The translations under genes were made by a program, and so were the position numbers. A stretch of DNA of 64,000 bases from Hydrolagus colliei (Eukaryota), in NCBI GenBank assembly GCA_035084275.1, contig CM068757.1:4464001-4528000 (forward strand). Reading direction: 5' to 3'. Shown piece after piece: positions 23,001 through 37,025 of this stretch. How positions within the stretch are numbered: position 1 is the stretch's first letter; the number at the start of each line of letters is the position of its first letter. The notes below the pieces were generated by a model. That model saw nothing but the letters and a program-made list of their open reading frames with translations. It was not told where the DNA came from and did no database searches.

Positions 23001-26000
23001 ACGTAGGTTTCGCTCCCCTGATATCCCTGAAATGATCCAAGGTCATTGGAGGGAAAATAACTGAGGGGAATTGTAGTAATTTGGGTGAAATGTAACTTTC
23101 GTCAAATTAAGTTGTTGTATTTTTAATAGTTATTCATTTAAAAGGAACAAGTTTACAAAGTCAACCTGAAGGTTTACGTGTATCTTTGCACAGCGTCTGC
23201 GTAAAGAAAAAATTATCTTTTGCTTGCACCTGAAAAGAAGCTTGTCTATCGGACTTTACAAGCCATTCTACACCAAAGTGAGTAACACAATAAGGAAGTA
23301 CGAATTGGGAAAATAAAAATACTAATACTTATAGTTGGCATAGCACCCACCATGTTTAGAGGACATTCCAAAGTACTGTACTTCACAGTGCTGGCTGGGC
23401 ACTCAAGGCGGTAGTGGTGAAAGTCGAGAGGATGGAGAAGAGAAAGATGACCCAAAGTTCAATCAAAAAGGCAGGTTTTGAGAAGGACCTCACTTGCATT
23501 TCATAGAAATGCAGTAACATATTCAAACATTTCACCCAAAAAATTCCAGCCATTTTCCATGGAGAAACCAGTGATTGCCTCACCAGATCAAGCCCAATGC
23601 TCATAGAAAGTCAACATGACAGCAAAGAGGTTGAAAGTGAAGGGAATAATAAAGGGAATAATAAATACACATTAAAACATAACATTTATTCTTGAAACAT
23701 TATTACAGCTAAATTACTTTTGGCCACTCACTGGGGGTAGTGGGAAATGATTATGCAGTAATTAAAACAGTTTTTTGTTTGCCTTTAAATGTCAGGCAAA
23801 ATTGTGTGTTGTTAAAGGTTGGTGAAATGGGGACTGTTTTCAATAACTTGTCAAAATTTATTTAGGACATTGGATTGAATTTAAAGATGATAACAATTGC
23901 ATAGAATAATAATTTCAGAGCAAATCGTTTGCTAAAATACTGTGAAGTATGCAAACGTGGGGAATTGGGACAAGTCTGTCAATTCTGTTTATTTTCAGAG
24001 AAAATGTTTGGGAAAATCTTCAGTGTGATCCTCATGTGTAAGCTAACATAAAACAGTGACCTGCGCCAAAAGCTACAACAGCAATTCTAGTAAACTAAAT
24101 GGTATGTGGGTAAGAAACCGAAGCAAGATATGTTACCCAATCTATTTTGTCCTGGTGACTTTTCTAGATAAGTGAAATATAAAAGAGTATTTTCAGATTG
24201 TGGGTTTTAAATGACTGGGAACTTTCAGTAGCAATGGCCTAATTAGAGTACCATGTCTACATGCTACCTTCAAAATAAATGGACTATACGGTAATTTATA
24301 GACCTAATGCCATGTTTTCACAGAAAGCCATTTAGATGTGTTGCTCTTACAATTTGACAGCTATTGGCAATTTAAACATGCACTTAGTTAAAGCTTGTTT
24401 AGAAAATTAACTTTTGAACAGACCAGCTAACTCCTACTTTCTAGGACAACTTTTAAATAAAAGTTTGTTCAGAATAGCCTGCCACTCAAACTTAGGCCCC
24501 ATATTTGGAGCGTTCTATCTGTTCTTCATCACACTGCACCTCAGTGAACTGTCTCCTGCAAGAGGGGTTTGGAAACATGAACCGTTCATTCCTTTTTGAA
24601 TTGTGTTGGCTACAGAGTGTTTTTAGTTGAGGTGGAGAGAAGTGAATGAGCCGATGAAATTCTCCTTCCCAGAAGCAAATTGTGCCAAGCAGCTAACAAA
24701 GAGGGAATAATGAAAGTATTAAATAGTTCTCTTTTTACTAATTGAACTGCTACTGCCAGACAGTAAAAAGGATTCTTTGAAAAAAAATCTTGGAATACTA
24801 AAGATTGCAATGGCCAAAGAAGTTGTATATCTCACCAACTCAATTTTGCAGAACTTGTATACAAAAATTGAGTATCTTTCCAGCTTCGACAAAAACAAAA
24901 ACAACAAAATTACATTTATAGAGCGCCTTTCACGTTCGGAGAACGTCCCTTCAACTACGATACCACAGAGAACAGAATCGCTGATGACATAAGTAGACTT
25001 AAAAAAGTATCTCTTCTTCAAAACAACATGTTTCTATCAACTGTAACATGAAAATGTGAGCGATTGAATTACTTCACTTACCGCTATATGCTATATGCAA
25101 GTAAATTGGCTTAGAAATGGCAGATGGATTTTAGTGCAGCACCTTGGGATTCCTCCCGATGTGAAAGGCTCTCAATAAATGTAATTCTTTAGTTGTTGTT
25201 TTAGTGTAGGTAAGATAGGTAAATAGAAAACTTGTAAGTGGTGAAACTAATTAGCAAAGGTGGAAAAGTAAACACATTTAAGGGGACTGGAAATTATTCA
25301 CTGAATGGATCCAATAATTAAGAAGTTGTTATCAAAGAGGCTAATCTTTGGAATAACAGATACCAAAGCCAAACTTGAAATAAGATTTATTTTTCTTACA
25401 TACTTGTGGATGTGTGGAATGAATCCACCTTAACCTTGTGCTGTATCACTACATCGCTGTATCAATTAGCACCTTCAAATGGAGTTGGAATGACATTTGA
25501 TTAGGAACAGGACCGAACATTTTAATGGCAATTACAGATGGGCGAATGATTGGCATGTGAAAATGTTGGTTCCTGAGCTGTCAAGAACCCAGGAAGACAT
25601 CTGATACAGGATACAAAATTCAATTGGGATTCTGGATTGTTGCTCCATTTACCTTTGGGGATGGAGGTTTCGAAGCATTTCTTTTGGAGATTGAATAACA
25701 GAGATAACTGTGCAGTGATGGTGAGGTTGGCGTTTAGTAAAAACAAGAGTGCCCGACACTTTGTTTTTAAGCCAATAAGTATCAGAAGAGTGACAATTCA
25801 CATTCCTCTGTGAAAAGAAATATGATTTGTTGCTGATCAGTGTACAGTATTTGACATTTATGGAATCACACCAGTCTACCTTGCCACCGAACTGCCCTGT
25901 TTGTTTTGAAAAGAATCAGCAGGGAATTTTACTAGCTAAGTTAATTAATTGTTAGATTTGATCTTTGCGCATCAAACACCACCAATTTTGTCTGCATTAT

Positions 26001-27754
26001 CTTTCTTGGAAGTTTCCAACCAGGTGCCTTATAGTTTTATCATTTCAATCAACATGTTTAGCCTCCAATTGTTAACACTTGTATTCATCTCAGTCAGCAT
26101 CCCTATGATACCAGGTGTATTGAACTTGCATGATTAGACACTATTTTTGTTCTATAGAAAGGGAAATATCCAAACACTAACATGATGCATTGTTCCTACA
26201 GAAACTAAAGTTAGTCAGAAGAATCAAAATGTTAATTGAATTTCTGCTTTGATCACTGTAACAACAAAGACAGAGTAGAATTTATTTTTCCACTTAGGAG
26301 ATTTCCAGCAATAAAAAAAACATTCTACTAACACAATATGTTGTAAATCTAGGGTTGTTTTTATAGGCTCATTATATCTCAGACCATGTACTGGCCTGCC
26401 AGTGGGAGACTTGCACATTTGTCTTTGATGTTTCTCTGAGAAATTTCATGGAGCAAAAAGAAAAGAAACCCTCCCCCCTTCCTATTAATGTCTGACATAA
26501 ACCTCCTCAAATATTGGCAGCTCTACAAGCAAACTATTTGCTAATACTGTAGTCTCTTTCATAGATAGCCCTATTATATTGCAGCTTTTAAAGGTCAAAA
26601 TGCGGTAAAATCTATTCTTCCTAAGGCGACTGATTTTCAAAATAGTTTAAGTTTATCTTCAACAATGCAGAGTTGCTCAAGATAGTTTGTCATTCCAACA
26701 TTCATTGGCAGAGCATCGTGAATGGAAACACTAATTACAGTAGGTAAGGACTCCTGTGGAAGGAGTATGATCTCAACTTTTCTGAGAATTGTTGTGTCCA
26801 GTTGTACTCTGTTGCAGGACTTTAAAGCAATGGGGGTCAACAGTGTAAAGGATATTTTTAAATGCTCAAAACTGGAAAAAAAAAAGGTTTCACAATTCAT
26901 CCTCTCATCTACAATCACCTTCCCCCTGGCTTGGCCTCAGGCTCCGCCACTGGGAAGTGCTCTGAGACGCCGCCCTGCATGGAGGATGCTATATAAATGC
27001 AAGTTGTTATTTGTTGATATGTTGTCTATTTGACTTATGTTGCTGACTTAAGTATTTTCTTTCCCTTATTCTCTTGAAATATGATGCCACCAGTTCTCCC
27101 ATCATTTCTGCTGTCCTTGAATATGTCTGAAATAATCTGAGTTCTTCAATCTACATTAGAACAGCATCTCCATAACATCCATTAATGAGTCTTTGATAAG
27201 CAAGACTAGCAAAAAGAAACAATTTACGACATTCCCATTTATTTCAGACACTATAAAGTAAGAGGGAAGTGTGCTTAAGTCCATCAAGAGTACATTAGAT
27301 GCCCCTGAAACATGTGGAAGTTGAGAATACATAACACAAGATATTACATTTAGATTGTGCTTTTCATGTCAGGACAATGACTTAGAAACTAGCTGCAGGA
27401 GGTCACAGGTGGGGGTAAGGCCATGGAACAATTTGGAAGTGAGGACAAGAATTTTGAATTTGATCAGCTGCTTGAATTTGAGCAAGGATCAAACAACAAC
27501 AAATTCCATTTCTATACCTCCTTTCACGTCAGGAGGATTACAATGTCAAGGTAAAGATGCAGATCTGTACTTTTCCTAAAGCTGAGCTATTAGCCATGGT
27601 CCCAGACCCACACCTCCATAAGTCTAACTACTGTATAATAATCCTTTACACTTGATATATAGCTTTTGGGGTCAATAGCATATCTCAAGGTGCATCCGGA
27701 TTCACTGTAAAGTGTAGTGACTGTATTTCTATAGGTGAACACCTAACACTGTGG

Positions 27755-27985
27755 AACTCCATCCCGCAGCCCCTCCGCCTTGCCTCCTCCCTTTCCTCCT
27801 TCAAGGCCAGTCTCAAGACCTTACTCTTCAACCGCGCCTTTGGCTCCCCCCACTAACTCTTCCCCCTCTCCTTCTCCCTACCCCTACCCTCCCCCGCTCG
27901 GGTCCCGCTTTGGGATGTCCAACGCTTTGGGATGTCCTCCCGACGTGAAAGGTGATATATAAATGCAATTTTGTTGTTGTTGTTG
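27755..27985 (+). mobile_element. L2 LINE 3' fragment
   Basis: Similar to 39450-39672; ends in (gtt)n. Confidence 0.85.
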
Positions 27986-29279
27986 TAAATTCAATAGTTT
28001 GAATGGAAGTCTGCTGTGCAGTAATTTCTATGATTTTATGATTCCTGGTGCCATGTCAACTTTAAAGAGCCATAACTTGACCCCCCATGCAGAATTTGGG
28101 TATATTATTTGTGCCACGCAATGTAAATGCCTATATATATACATATATACAGTATATATACACATATATTTGGACAAGTATAATGTGATTGATGGCACAA
28201 TATAACTGTTGCACCACACTGAAGTATTGTTATTCATAAAATTCCACTAATGAGATGCTACACAGTGAGTGAATTATCTTATGTACTCTTGGAGGGAGAG
28301 ACAGAATAAATCACCAGTCAAGCTATGATGGACTGCTTTCCTGCATTTCAGTTTGGTTGGCTGAAAAGGACTATTCCAGCCTTCAAATAAGTTGCTTGAC
28401 ATTTCCTTGTCAAAAGAACATACAGCCTGAAAAGGGGAGGGAAAAGAAAATGAAATGAATTCTATAATACATCTGAAGCTCCACTTAATGGAGATTTACA
28501 CTTTTTTAAAAAAAATCTTTCATCATTGTGAGGTGTGGAGATCACTGTAGAGATATTAGTGGTGCAACACAATTTAAAACCATTGGTCACCTCAAACAAA
28601 TCCTGAAAGCTTCTTATTTTGATCATTCTGAAATCTAAGACCTGCAGTTTAAGCTTAACTGTTTTACCACTATTAACCTATTCATTTGGTTTTAATGTTT
28701 GACTTCTAAACTTAAAAAAGAAAGCTTCACATTTGCGTAATTGGTAAAGAAAGAAATCAATGTTATCCAGACTGGAAAAAAAAACAAGGTAAAAACGAAT
28801 AAGCAGTCTAAGTAGCAACAAAATCACCACTATTGACTTTTGGAGAGGTCGGTTTAGTTAGCAAAAAAGATCAAAACATATTGTAAATTTTAAGTGACAG
28901 AAGTGAATTCCGAAATTGACTGAGATTTGTTTAAAAAATTCAGATTGATTATAGAGTGTGCAAAAGCAGGGTTAATAAACTTGCCATCGCTTAAAACATT
29001 TTGGATTTTCCATGCTGTTCACTGCAAAAAGGTGAGCTCATTTAAAGTATTCCAACAGAAGATGCTCAGTTCATTACCTTGCTTTAACCCATTCGTACGG
29101 TGACCACAACAAAATAATTTTCATGCTTTGATTGCACACTTTTTAAAAATCCATTTGCTATCTGCTTTCTAACCAATCAACCAACACTATATTCAAGGGC
29201 GTTATAAAGGTGCTTTCCTATACAAACAGTGTTCCTTAAACAGCTGCAGAGATTAATATGGCTTCAAAGGTGATCAAAT

Positions 29280-30204
29280 ATTTACTTGAAAGGATTCTGA
29301 ACAAAAAGTTTCTGAATTAAACAGCCCTGTTAAACTGAACAAAGCAATCAAGTTAGGTGATGGTCTTCAAAAACAAAGGAGCCTTGCATTTGACACAGGC
29401 CCAATCACATTGTTGAGGCATCTCAAAGTGCGTACAGGATTTAGTGTTCAGTGGTTTGTCTGAATTTCATGGGTGAATCCCGGCAGTCAGTTTGCACACA
29501 GCAATGTCCCACATACAGTCATGGAGTGAGTGAGCAATTTTATTTGGAGGCTTGTCGGACGGACAGCGGAACAAACTCCCTGCTATTTTCAAATGGTGCC
29601 AAATTCATGCATATAGATGTAATATAGAACTTTTTTCATAATATGATTTTGCACTAATCTAAGGGTGACAAGCTGACTATTAATAAGATTCTGACAGTAG
29701 CTAACTATTATCAGAATAACAGGTAATCTGATAAGTTCCTTTTCATCTTAATGGAGGGTCTTTTTTCTTTTGATGATAGAATTTCCCCTTGTCATGTCCC
29801 CACTTATTCTGCAGCGCTTTCATAGTTATTCCTAGCCTGATTGAAATGTTTCATTTTTTGGTAACTTATGGGTGATGTGATTTTGTTAGATCAGAGGGAT
29901 GAATCAGTTTTTATTCTTTGTGCATGACACAAGATGGCCCTGTGAGAGCTAGTCATCTTATTAGTTTGGATAAATTGACAATCACACCGAATGAGCCATA
30001 TTGAGAACCATCTATTAGTAGCCATGACTATGAATACATTTTTACTTTGTCATATGTCAGGGTTACTTGACTTGTTGACTTCTTTCACGCTAAATTTATA
30101 GCACTTTATTTCATTCCTATTTGATCTTTCTATGGAATTATGCTATTCTCAAATTTACTTGAAGGATTCTCAACAAAAGGTTTCCGAGTTAAACAGCCCT
30201 GTTA
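29280..30204 (+). repeat. Pair of ~52-bp direct repeats (29280-29332 and 30153-30204)
   Basis: atttacttgaaaggattctgaacaaaaagtttctgaattaaacagccctgtta versus atttacttgaaggattctcaacaaaaggtttccgagttaaacagccctgtta. Confidence 0.85.
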
Positions 30205-32942
30205 GGTATTCTCGAGACTTTCTCAAAACGAGTTAGAAAACAAAATAATATTTCATTCTCTGATTTTTCCACACTGTAAATCTGTAAAAGTTGTTATTGG
30301 CAAACAAATGTGGCTTGTGGTGTTCTAGGGCCAGACACAGCTGATTTTGGGGTTCACGTATTCTACAGTATTTGGAAAAGACTTTCTCTGGTTTTATTGA
30401 ATACCTAACCATAGCCTCAAATCAATTAATGGCCATCCTATGCTCATCTGCTACACTGTCAAGTTATTTAAGAGAATGCTGTCTGCTGAACACGGGGCCA
30501 ATATTTTGCACTTGGCACTCAAGACTTGGAAACTGTGGAATATTATGTCAACTACAGACTAACATTTCAGACAGTAGAGAGGATTAAATGTTTTAAAAAT
30601 CATGTTAGATAGTAATCTGATACTTTTATTGGACTTCCGAGTCACGGCAATGCTATTGATTGGCAGGTCGGAATTGCAGTTGCAGACTCAACATTGTATG
30701 TACTATACTGTGATTTCTATAAGAGCAGGAGTTCTGTCCTTACTATCAAAGCCATTTATTTTGAGGAATAAAAAATTTACCTGAGTGTTTCTTCCCACTT
30801 CATGTAAGTTTGTCTCCTTCTTGAAGGAAGTTACTTAAAGAGTAACATTAGTGGTTCCTATAGAAATGTGCAAAGATTTCACTGACCAAATTGTTGCATT
30901 TGACCAGAGACAAATTCATGGAGGGTAGATATTGTTTGTGTTGGCCATCATCACTTACAATGGCAACACTGACAGATAATGCCCATACCTACTGCTAACC
31001 TTATCTATTGGCCTAAGGCACTTAATTGTTGAAAGGACATTTTTAAAAAAAAGTAAAAATGAGCTTGGAGAATGTGAAGACTGAACTGAAGGCTTTTTTT
31101 CACTGTGGGAATGAATTCTATCCTCTGTGCTGTAAATTTCTATGGTTCTATGGAATGTGACTTCCTTCATTTCACACTGTCATTAATGGTCATCATTTCC
31201 TTTCCTATTCTTTGTCCACCTGTAAATCGTGTTATTCAGCCACACCCTGTTTCTCCATAGATTCTCACTTCCAAATGCCAAGCATCTGGTTTAAGATGAA
31301 AAAAAATGCTATTATCCCAGTGTAAAGCAGCCTGCCATGTACTTACATTATTATATCCATATCATCTTGCTTAACCTTTTAAGAAGGTATTGTCTGATAA
31401 TGAGACACAGCTTGGCAGGGAACATCTTTTATTCCAGTATCACATAATGAGGATTAAGTTACTGCAGCCCGTTAAATGGGTTCTGATCAAAAGAGCACTG
31501 GCATTTTGTTATCTTGGCAAATAGGCAGCGGAGCAAGGTCATTACACTCAATAGAGGAAGAAGGAATTGAATTACTGGTTTGAAAGTGGAAGAGGCTTCT
31601 CTTGAGAACAGAAGCAATTTATGGGTAAAAAGGTGGAATAAAGACATTGGGATCTGTAGCCAATGGAAGTTCGTGTTCAGCTCCCCTTGGTATCCCAATT
31701 GTAGCTTTCAAAATACGCTTTAGTTCTGTAAACTTCTTAAAGTGAATGTTCTGTAGCAGAACTTGGACGATCGTACCACCAAATGTAGCTTTCTAATTAA
31801 GTCAGGAATGCAATACTTCTATAATCTTAAATGGATATTTGGCGCATAGCTAGTTGTGTTGATATATTTAATGCTTTATTTTGTTCACTTGTACTTTGCT
31901 TCATTTTCAACGCTTTTCGAAGCTGGGCGGCTAAATAATTAATTCAATTTAAAAACAGAAATGGAAAGTAATGAAGAATGACCCTAAATAAACAAAGGTA
32001 CACAAGGAAATATTTGACATGCCAATTCAACCACGCTGTATGGAAACAGTTGCCAAGGCAAATAATACAAGTTAAATATCCTGCCTACATATATGGATTC
32101 TGCACTTGAGTATAGCAGACTGCACAGGCTCCTGCTTGAAGTAGCATATTTTGTTTCCAAGATTGTGAAATAAAAACATTCTTAAACATGTTTAAGAAAT
32201 CGTAGAAGTTCAGCAGAAATAGCTCAGTACATGTTTTTTCCACCTATATGTTTATGATGTGGATACATTTTCAAATGGAATGTAAACACAGATTGCTTTT
32301 TTAATACTATTACCATAGAACAATTTTTAAGCCATGTTTAAAAGGTGTAAACAGTGTTAAATTACTCACATGGTAGACTGGAATCTACTTCTTATAAAAT
32401 GAGCATGCATCAGACTATGTACCAGATAAAGACAAATAGTAAATGAAGTCCAAATCAGCTATCACAACCTCCAATTCCTTACGGAGTGTAATGTATTTGT
32501 ACTCCACCAGTTTTTAAAGACGCGTTATTGGTATTGATATGACAACCTTGTTTTACTGAGAACTAGATGTTGGTATAGGCAAGAATATATCCGTTTCAAT
32601 ATTTATGGTGTGAAGGACTACTTTTAATATTCTAATACAATACACTGCGACAATATCTCCTCTTGAATTTCATGTTCTGAAGAAGGGTTAAGTATGAAAT
32701 ATTAAGCTATTTTAGCTAGATCTGCACACATTTTGTATTTTCAGCACCTGCAGGCTTCTTTTTTTTAAAAAGAATCTAGCCTTTTCATTTTCCCTGAGAA
32801 TAGGATATGATACCGATATCAAAATCAAGCACATTTATTGCTTGGGCTAGTGAACAGAACATGGTTAGACCCCCCCAAGATCTCATCTGACGTATAAACT
32901 CCTTCAGTGTTCCCTTATAATTGGTTGTGTTTGAAAACGTAA

Positions 32943-33230
32943 GCAACAACAACAACCGTCAAACAAAATTACATCTATAGAGTGCCTTTCACGTCGGGAG
33001 AATGTCCCAAGATGTTGAACAGTCAGGTCGGGACCCGAGCTGGGGAGATGGGAGGGGAGAGAGAAAGTTGGGAGGGCAGCAGAAGGCACGATCGAAGAGG
33101 AGGGTCTTGAGACCGGCCTTGTAGGAGCCAAGGGAGGGAGCAAGGCAAAGGGACTGTGGAATGGAGTTTCAGATTGTGGGGGCAGAGAGGCTGAAAGTCC
33201 GTCTGCCGATGGTAGGGAGGGTTGGGCGGG
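32943..33230 (-). mobile_element. L2 LINE 3' fragment, antisense
   Basis: (caa)n ... cctttcacgtcgggagaatgtcccaag ... gaggagggtcttgaga ... ggatggagtt-like segment. Confidence 0.85.
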
Positions 33231-34920
33231 GGGCAAGGCATTACTAATCACATTTTTACTTCAGTTTTCCTTCTTTTCAACACTCGTGGTGTTCTTTACA
33301 ATGGGTCTTGGATCTTTACGTAGGTTTTTCAGTTTAGCAAAATAATGTGAGCACAGATCTCTTGAGATGATTAACATCCTTCTGCCCTACTACTCAACAT
33401 CTTTGGTTAATTTTGCCTTGATGGAATTGTGATTTAAAGTTAATGGAACCTTAAATTTCAGGAGGACACAAGATATGAAGTATTTTGTGTGAGGAATCAA
33501 TAATAATAGGAAGAATAACAATAATCATTGCATTTGATTTAATGCGACTTGGTGAGCTTTTGGCTTTGAGGGATATTGGATCGAACCCTTTATTTTAGGA
33601 GAGGAATGCAATGCTTGACGGAATGGATTATGAGCAATAACTAGCATTCATTAAATATTCTATTTTTATAGCTTCAAAAAGCTGATGACTTGGAACATGA
33701 TTTTTACTGCAGCTAATTATTTTGATATATTGAGGAAACCAATTCTAACCAAGACTCTGTAGTGCATTGAAAGATATAAACACCACAAAAATGTATTCCC
33801 AGGGGCATAAACATAATTAAAATACTTTCTGGAAAAATAAAGGTATGTGGTACTTTCCTTATACAAATAAACTTGCACTAGATTCCTATTTATGTCAGAA
33901 ATTATCTATTTATTTTCTGGAACAGGTTAAAATTAATGTGAAACTACGCATCATCTATTAAATTGTTTACAAAAGACCTGCTAACAAAAGACCGGTTTCT
34001 TTAATAACCTAAAACAATTAAAGATGATTTCTATTAAATGCCATCATTGACTTTATTATAATCTTATCACTAGTTTATACACTCTTTGTTGGTCAGTATA
34101 TTTATACAAAGTATGTATGTGGTGTTATAACAATGGTGTGAACATCCACCCGCACAGTGCTCCTGGTGGGAGGTAACTCTCTGTGGCATAGTTTACAGCT
34201 TTTTCAAAGCTGGCTATATTCCCAGTCCTGAAGCACAGCTTTCTCTCACATTCTTTCCACTCAACTGACCTAATGTGCAGGGACAGAAGAATTTATTTTC
34301 CCCCCACCCCCTCAATTTATAGCACTTTTCCCCCTTTCTAACTCCCTTGTTTGCATAGATTCCTGAATAAACTTATTGGCTCTTAAGCAATGGCAAATAT
34401 TCTTCTTAGATCAGTGCTCTCACATTTTACAGAATGGTTTAGTAGGAAAACAGGTCCCACCTCTGACGTGTGAGCATCAGAACCCACTATTTTTCAATAG
34501 GATGGCTAAACAAAAATGAAAAGTGTTGCAGCGTGCAAGGGAAGAGATTAAAGGATGAATCCTCTCTTGATAATGAATCATTGCAACTGATAGCAGGACT
34601 GGAATACACCTCTGTCCAATGTCACACACATAAAAAGCTAAGGCACAAAAATATAATGTGCTTCCACTAGGTGTAGGTATAATAATATTCTACCTCTATT
34701 CTACCACTGTCGTTCAGTTATATTTCAGGGGATCACAACTGCAGTATTTCACCACCTTGTAGCAACATAGATAATATATTCCATTTATATTTATACTAAG
34801 TGTGATCATGTGTATTATTCGGGATTCTAAAATATAATTTGGGTAGTGGGGGATGTCTTTGTGCTTGAAAGTACAAAGTATACACAAATTACCTGAACCA
34901 CCGTGGCATAAAACAAGCCA

Positions 34921-35655
34921 GAATATTTACATGTAAACAAGGCAAGTTTAGCAATCAATTCTATTTCACTCACTGTGAACCTGCTACACCTTTACAAAGA
35001 TGTAGCATTAGTTTCGTAGGCAATTCAATCGGTTTGCTCAGATAAGTATTTGAGGAGCCAGGGAAATTCACTGTGTAATTACTGTACTTACTTTGCTTAT
35101 GTTCCAATTCATGAACATAAATAATTTTGTGTTAACTTAATTTGGGTCTTCAAAAATCCTCCTTCAACACTCAAATAAGCGTTTTTCCAGTTCTTTGTAG
35201 CTAACTGAGATGAACTAGCCCAGAATAATTTAAGGCATTTAAAAGCTTTGTTTATGATAAGGTGGAATTACTTACTGCACATGGAAATAAATAAGTTGTT
35301 TTGGACTTCCATGATAATAGGTTAACTGTGATAATAAGCAAGTTTCATTGAAATGGATTAAAATGTCACTGGGAATTACATACTTTGGAATTGGTATAAA
35401 CCTGAAATCCCTTACAATTCTCCCCTTGTGAGGAGTCCTAAACCTGAGGGCAAAGGCAGAGGGAGGAATTAAAGAACTGAATTGAAAAGGGCAAAAAGTA
35501 TTCGAGGGAACTACCCTGGCTTCTCTCATGCAGTTCTCAGCAAACTGAGTGGATTGACTATGAAACTATTGCTACATTTCCCTGTGAAGTGCCAGGTTCA
35601 TGGCCAAGGGAATAGAAATGATGATTTAACTTGCCTTGTTTACATGTGAATATTC
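34921..35655. mobile_element. Foldback/MITE-like element with long imperfect terminal inverted repeats
   Basis: Outer 28 nt match 27/28 (gaatatt[t/c]acatgtaaacaaggcaagtt); inverted similarity continues inward for about 180 nt. Confidence 0.7.
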
Positions 35656-35929
35656 AGGTACTGATGTGAAATTCTTAGCTGATGAAGCAATATATTCAGC
35701 AAGAAATCCCAAATGGTAGACATGGGTCCAAACTCTCCATTTCTTAAGATTTTAATAGTAATGAATACTATATAAGCCTCTGATAGCACCTTGGGACGTA
35801 TTCTTGACGTGAAAGGCCCTCTATAAATGTAATTTTCTGGTTGTTGTTGTTGATATAATATTTATACGAGTGTTTATTGTATACATTTGGATAATGTCAC
35901 AATTAATACATTTTATGTATCAGTGGGAA

Positions 35930-36245
35930 GATTGGTGCAATTGGTCTCAGTACCCCTGGGTCATAAAGATGAAAAATCAGTCTAGTGAAGCTGCTTTGAA
36001 GTAATCCATGTGAAGTAATCATCAAGTAAAATCTACTGGGAGTGTGTGTGTGTGGACACTGGATGAGGACGGAATTTAGGTCATCTGTGCTGTCCCACAG
36101 TTGAATAGCCTGGGGACACGCAGTGTCTAGGCTTGCACTTGAAGAATGATCACTTCAATGAGGTAACAGAGAGCTGCTGTTGCCTGTAGACTATACTCTA
36201 GCATGGGTCACCACCTTCAGGACACAAGGATTAAGAGGAGGAAAT
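35930..36245 (+). mobile_element. LF-SINE-like ancient SINE; related copies about 20535-20780(-), 45415-45600(-), 52895-53180(+), 54860-55030(+)
   Basis: gtgtggacactggatgaggac...gaatagcctg...tgtctaggcttgcac.tgaagaatgatcactt...gaggta...gcatgggtcaccaccttcagga resembles the recalled LF-SINE body; the copies resemble each other. Confidence 0.6.
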
Positions 36246-36894
36246 AGTTTTTTCTATATAAAGTTATATATTAACCAGAACTGAATGACTGGTTGCACAA
36301 ACAATAATTCCTTTATTTTTCACTTCAGTTCTATTCTATTTGTATATTTGTTTATTACCCAGACATTTAATATTCAACAGAAACTTGGAGTGTGAAATAA
36401 ATGTACAACATTAACTGAAAATGCTGCCAATAATCTTTTGGTTTAAGACATGTAACACATTGGACATTTTTAAAAAAATGTATTGAACAACAACAACAAA
36501 ATTACTTTTATAGCACCTTTCATGTCAGGAGGATGTCCCAAAGAAGTATAACAAAAAATATTAGCAATTGATACCCGCCAATCTATCAAAATCATTCACA
36601 CTCTCCCTCCTATTTGTTGTTCGTTCACAAAATACACAGTCAATCCATTTTGCAATATATTCTATGTAGCGCTTTGAGATGTCTCAACAACATAATAAGG
36701 CATTATATCAAATACAAGGATTATTATATTATTCACAAAATATATACTTCTCTTTCTAGCTTTCAGCACCTTGGGATGTCCTCCCGACACGAAAGGCGCT
36801 CTATGAATGTAATTTTGTTGTTATTGCATTGAAAAAGAGATGGTAAATGGCAATTGCTTCGGAGGACCTAATTTAATCTTTTCTTTCCTGTTAG

Positions 36895-37025
36895 TTTCAA
36901 CAGTGTCCGACTTGGGAATCACATACTTTTCCGTGAATTCAGCTTCATCAAAGCCACCCAATACAACAGAGCTTCGTTTTTACGAATATTCTGGCGTTGT
37001 TTCCGTCAGATAGGCAAAAATGGAG
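36895..37025 (+). CDS. CSTPP1: CSTPP1 coding exon, FNSVRLGNHILFREFSFIKATQYNRASFLRIFWRCFRQIGKNG
   Basis: Acceptor ttctttcctgttag and donor gtaagt; phase 2 in, phase 1 out, compatible with both neighbours. Matches human FNSVCQGTHILFREFSFVQATPHNRVSFLRAFWRCFRTVGKNG. Confidence 0.96.

Noticed and set aside
23641-23665. Short tandem duplications (agggaataataa x2; also near 2530 and 13024)
   Set aside because: Ordinary slippage duplications with no sign of function.
27751-27962. Proline-rich ORFs here and at 32904-33251
   Set aside because: They are translations of C-rich L2 3' UTR sequence.
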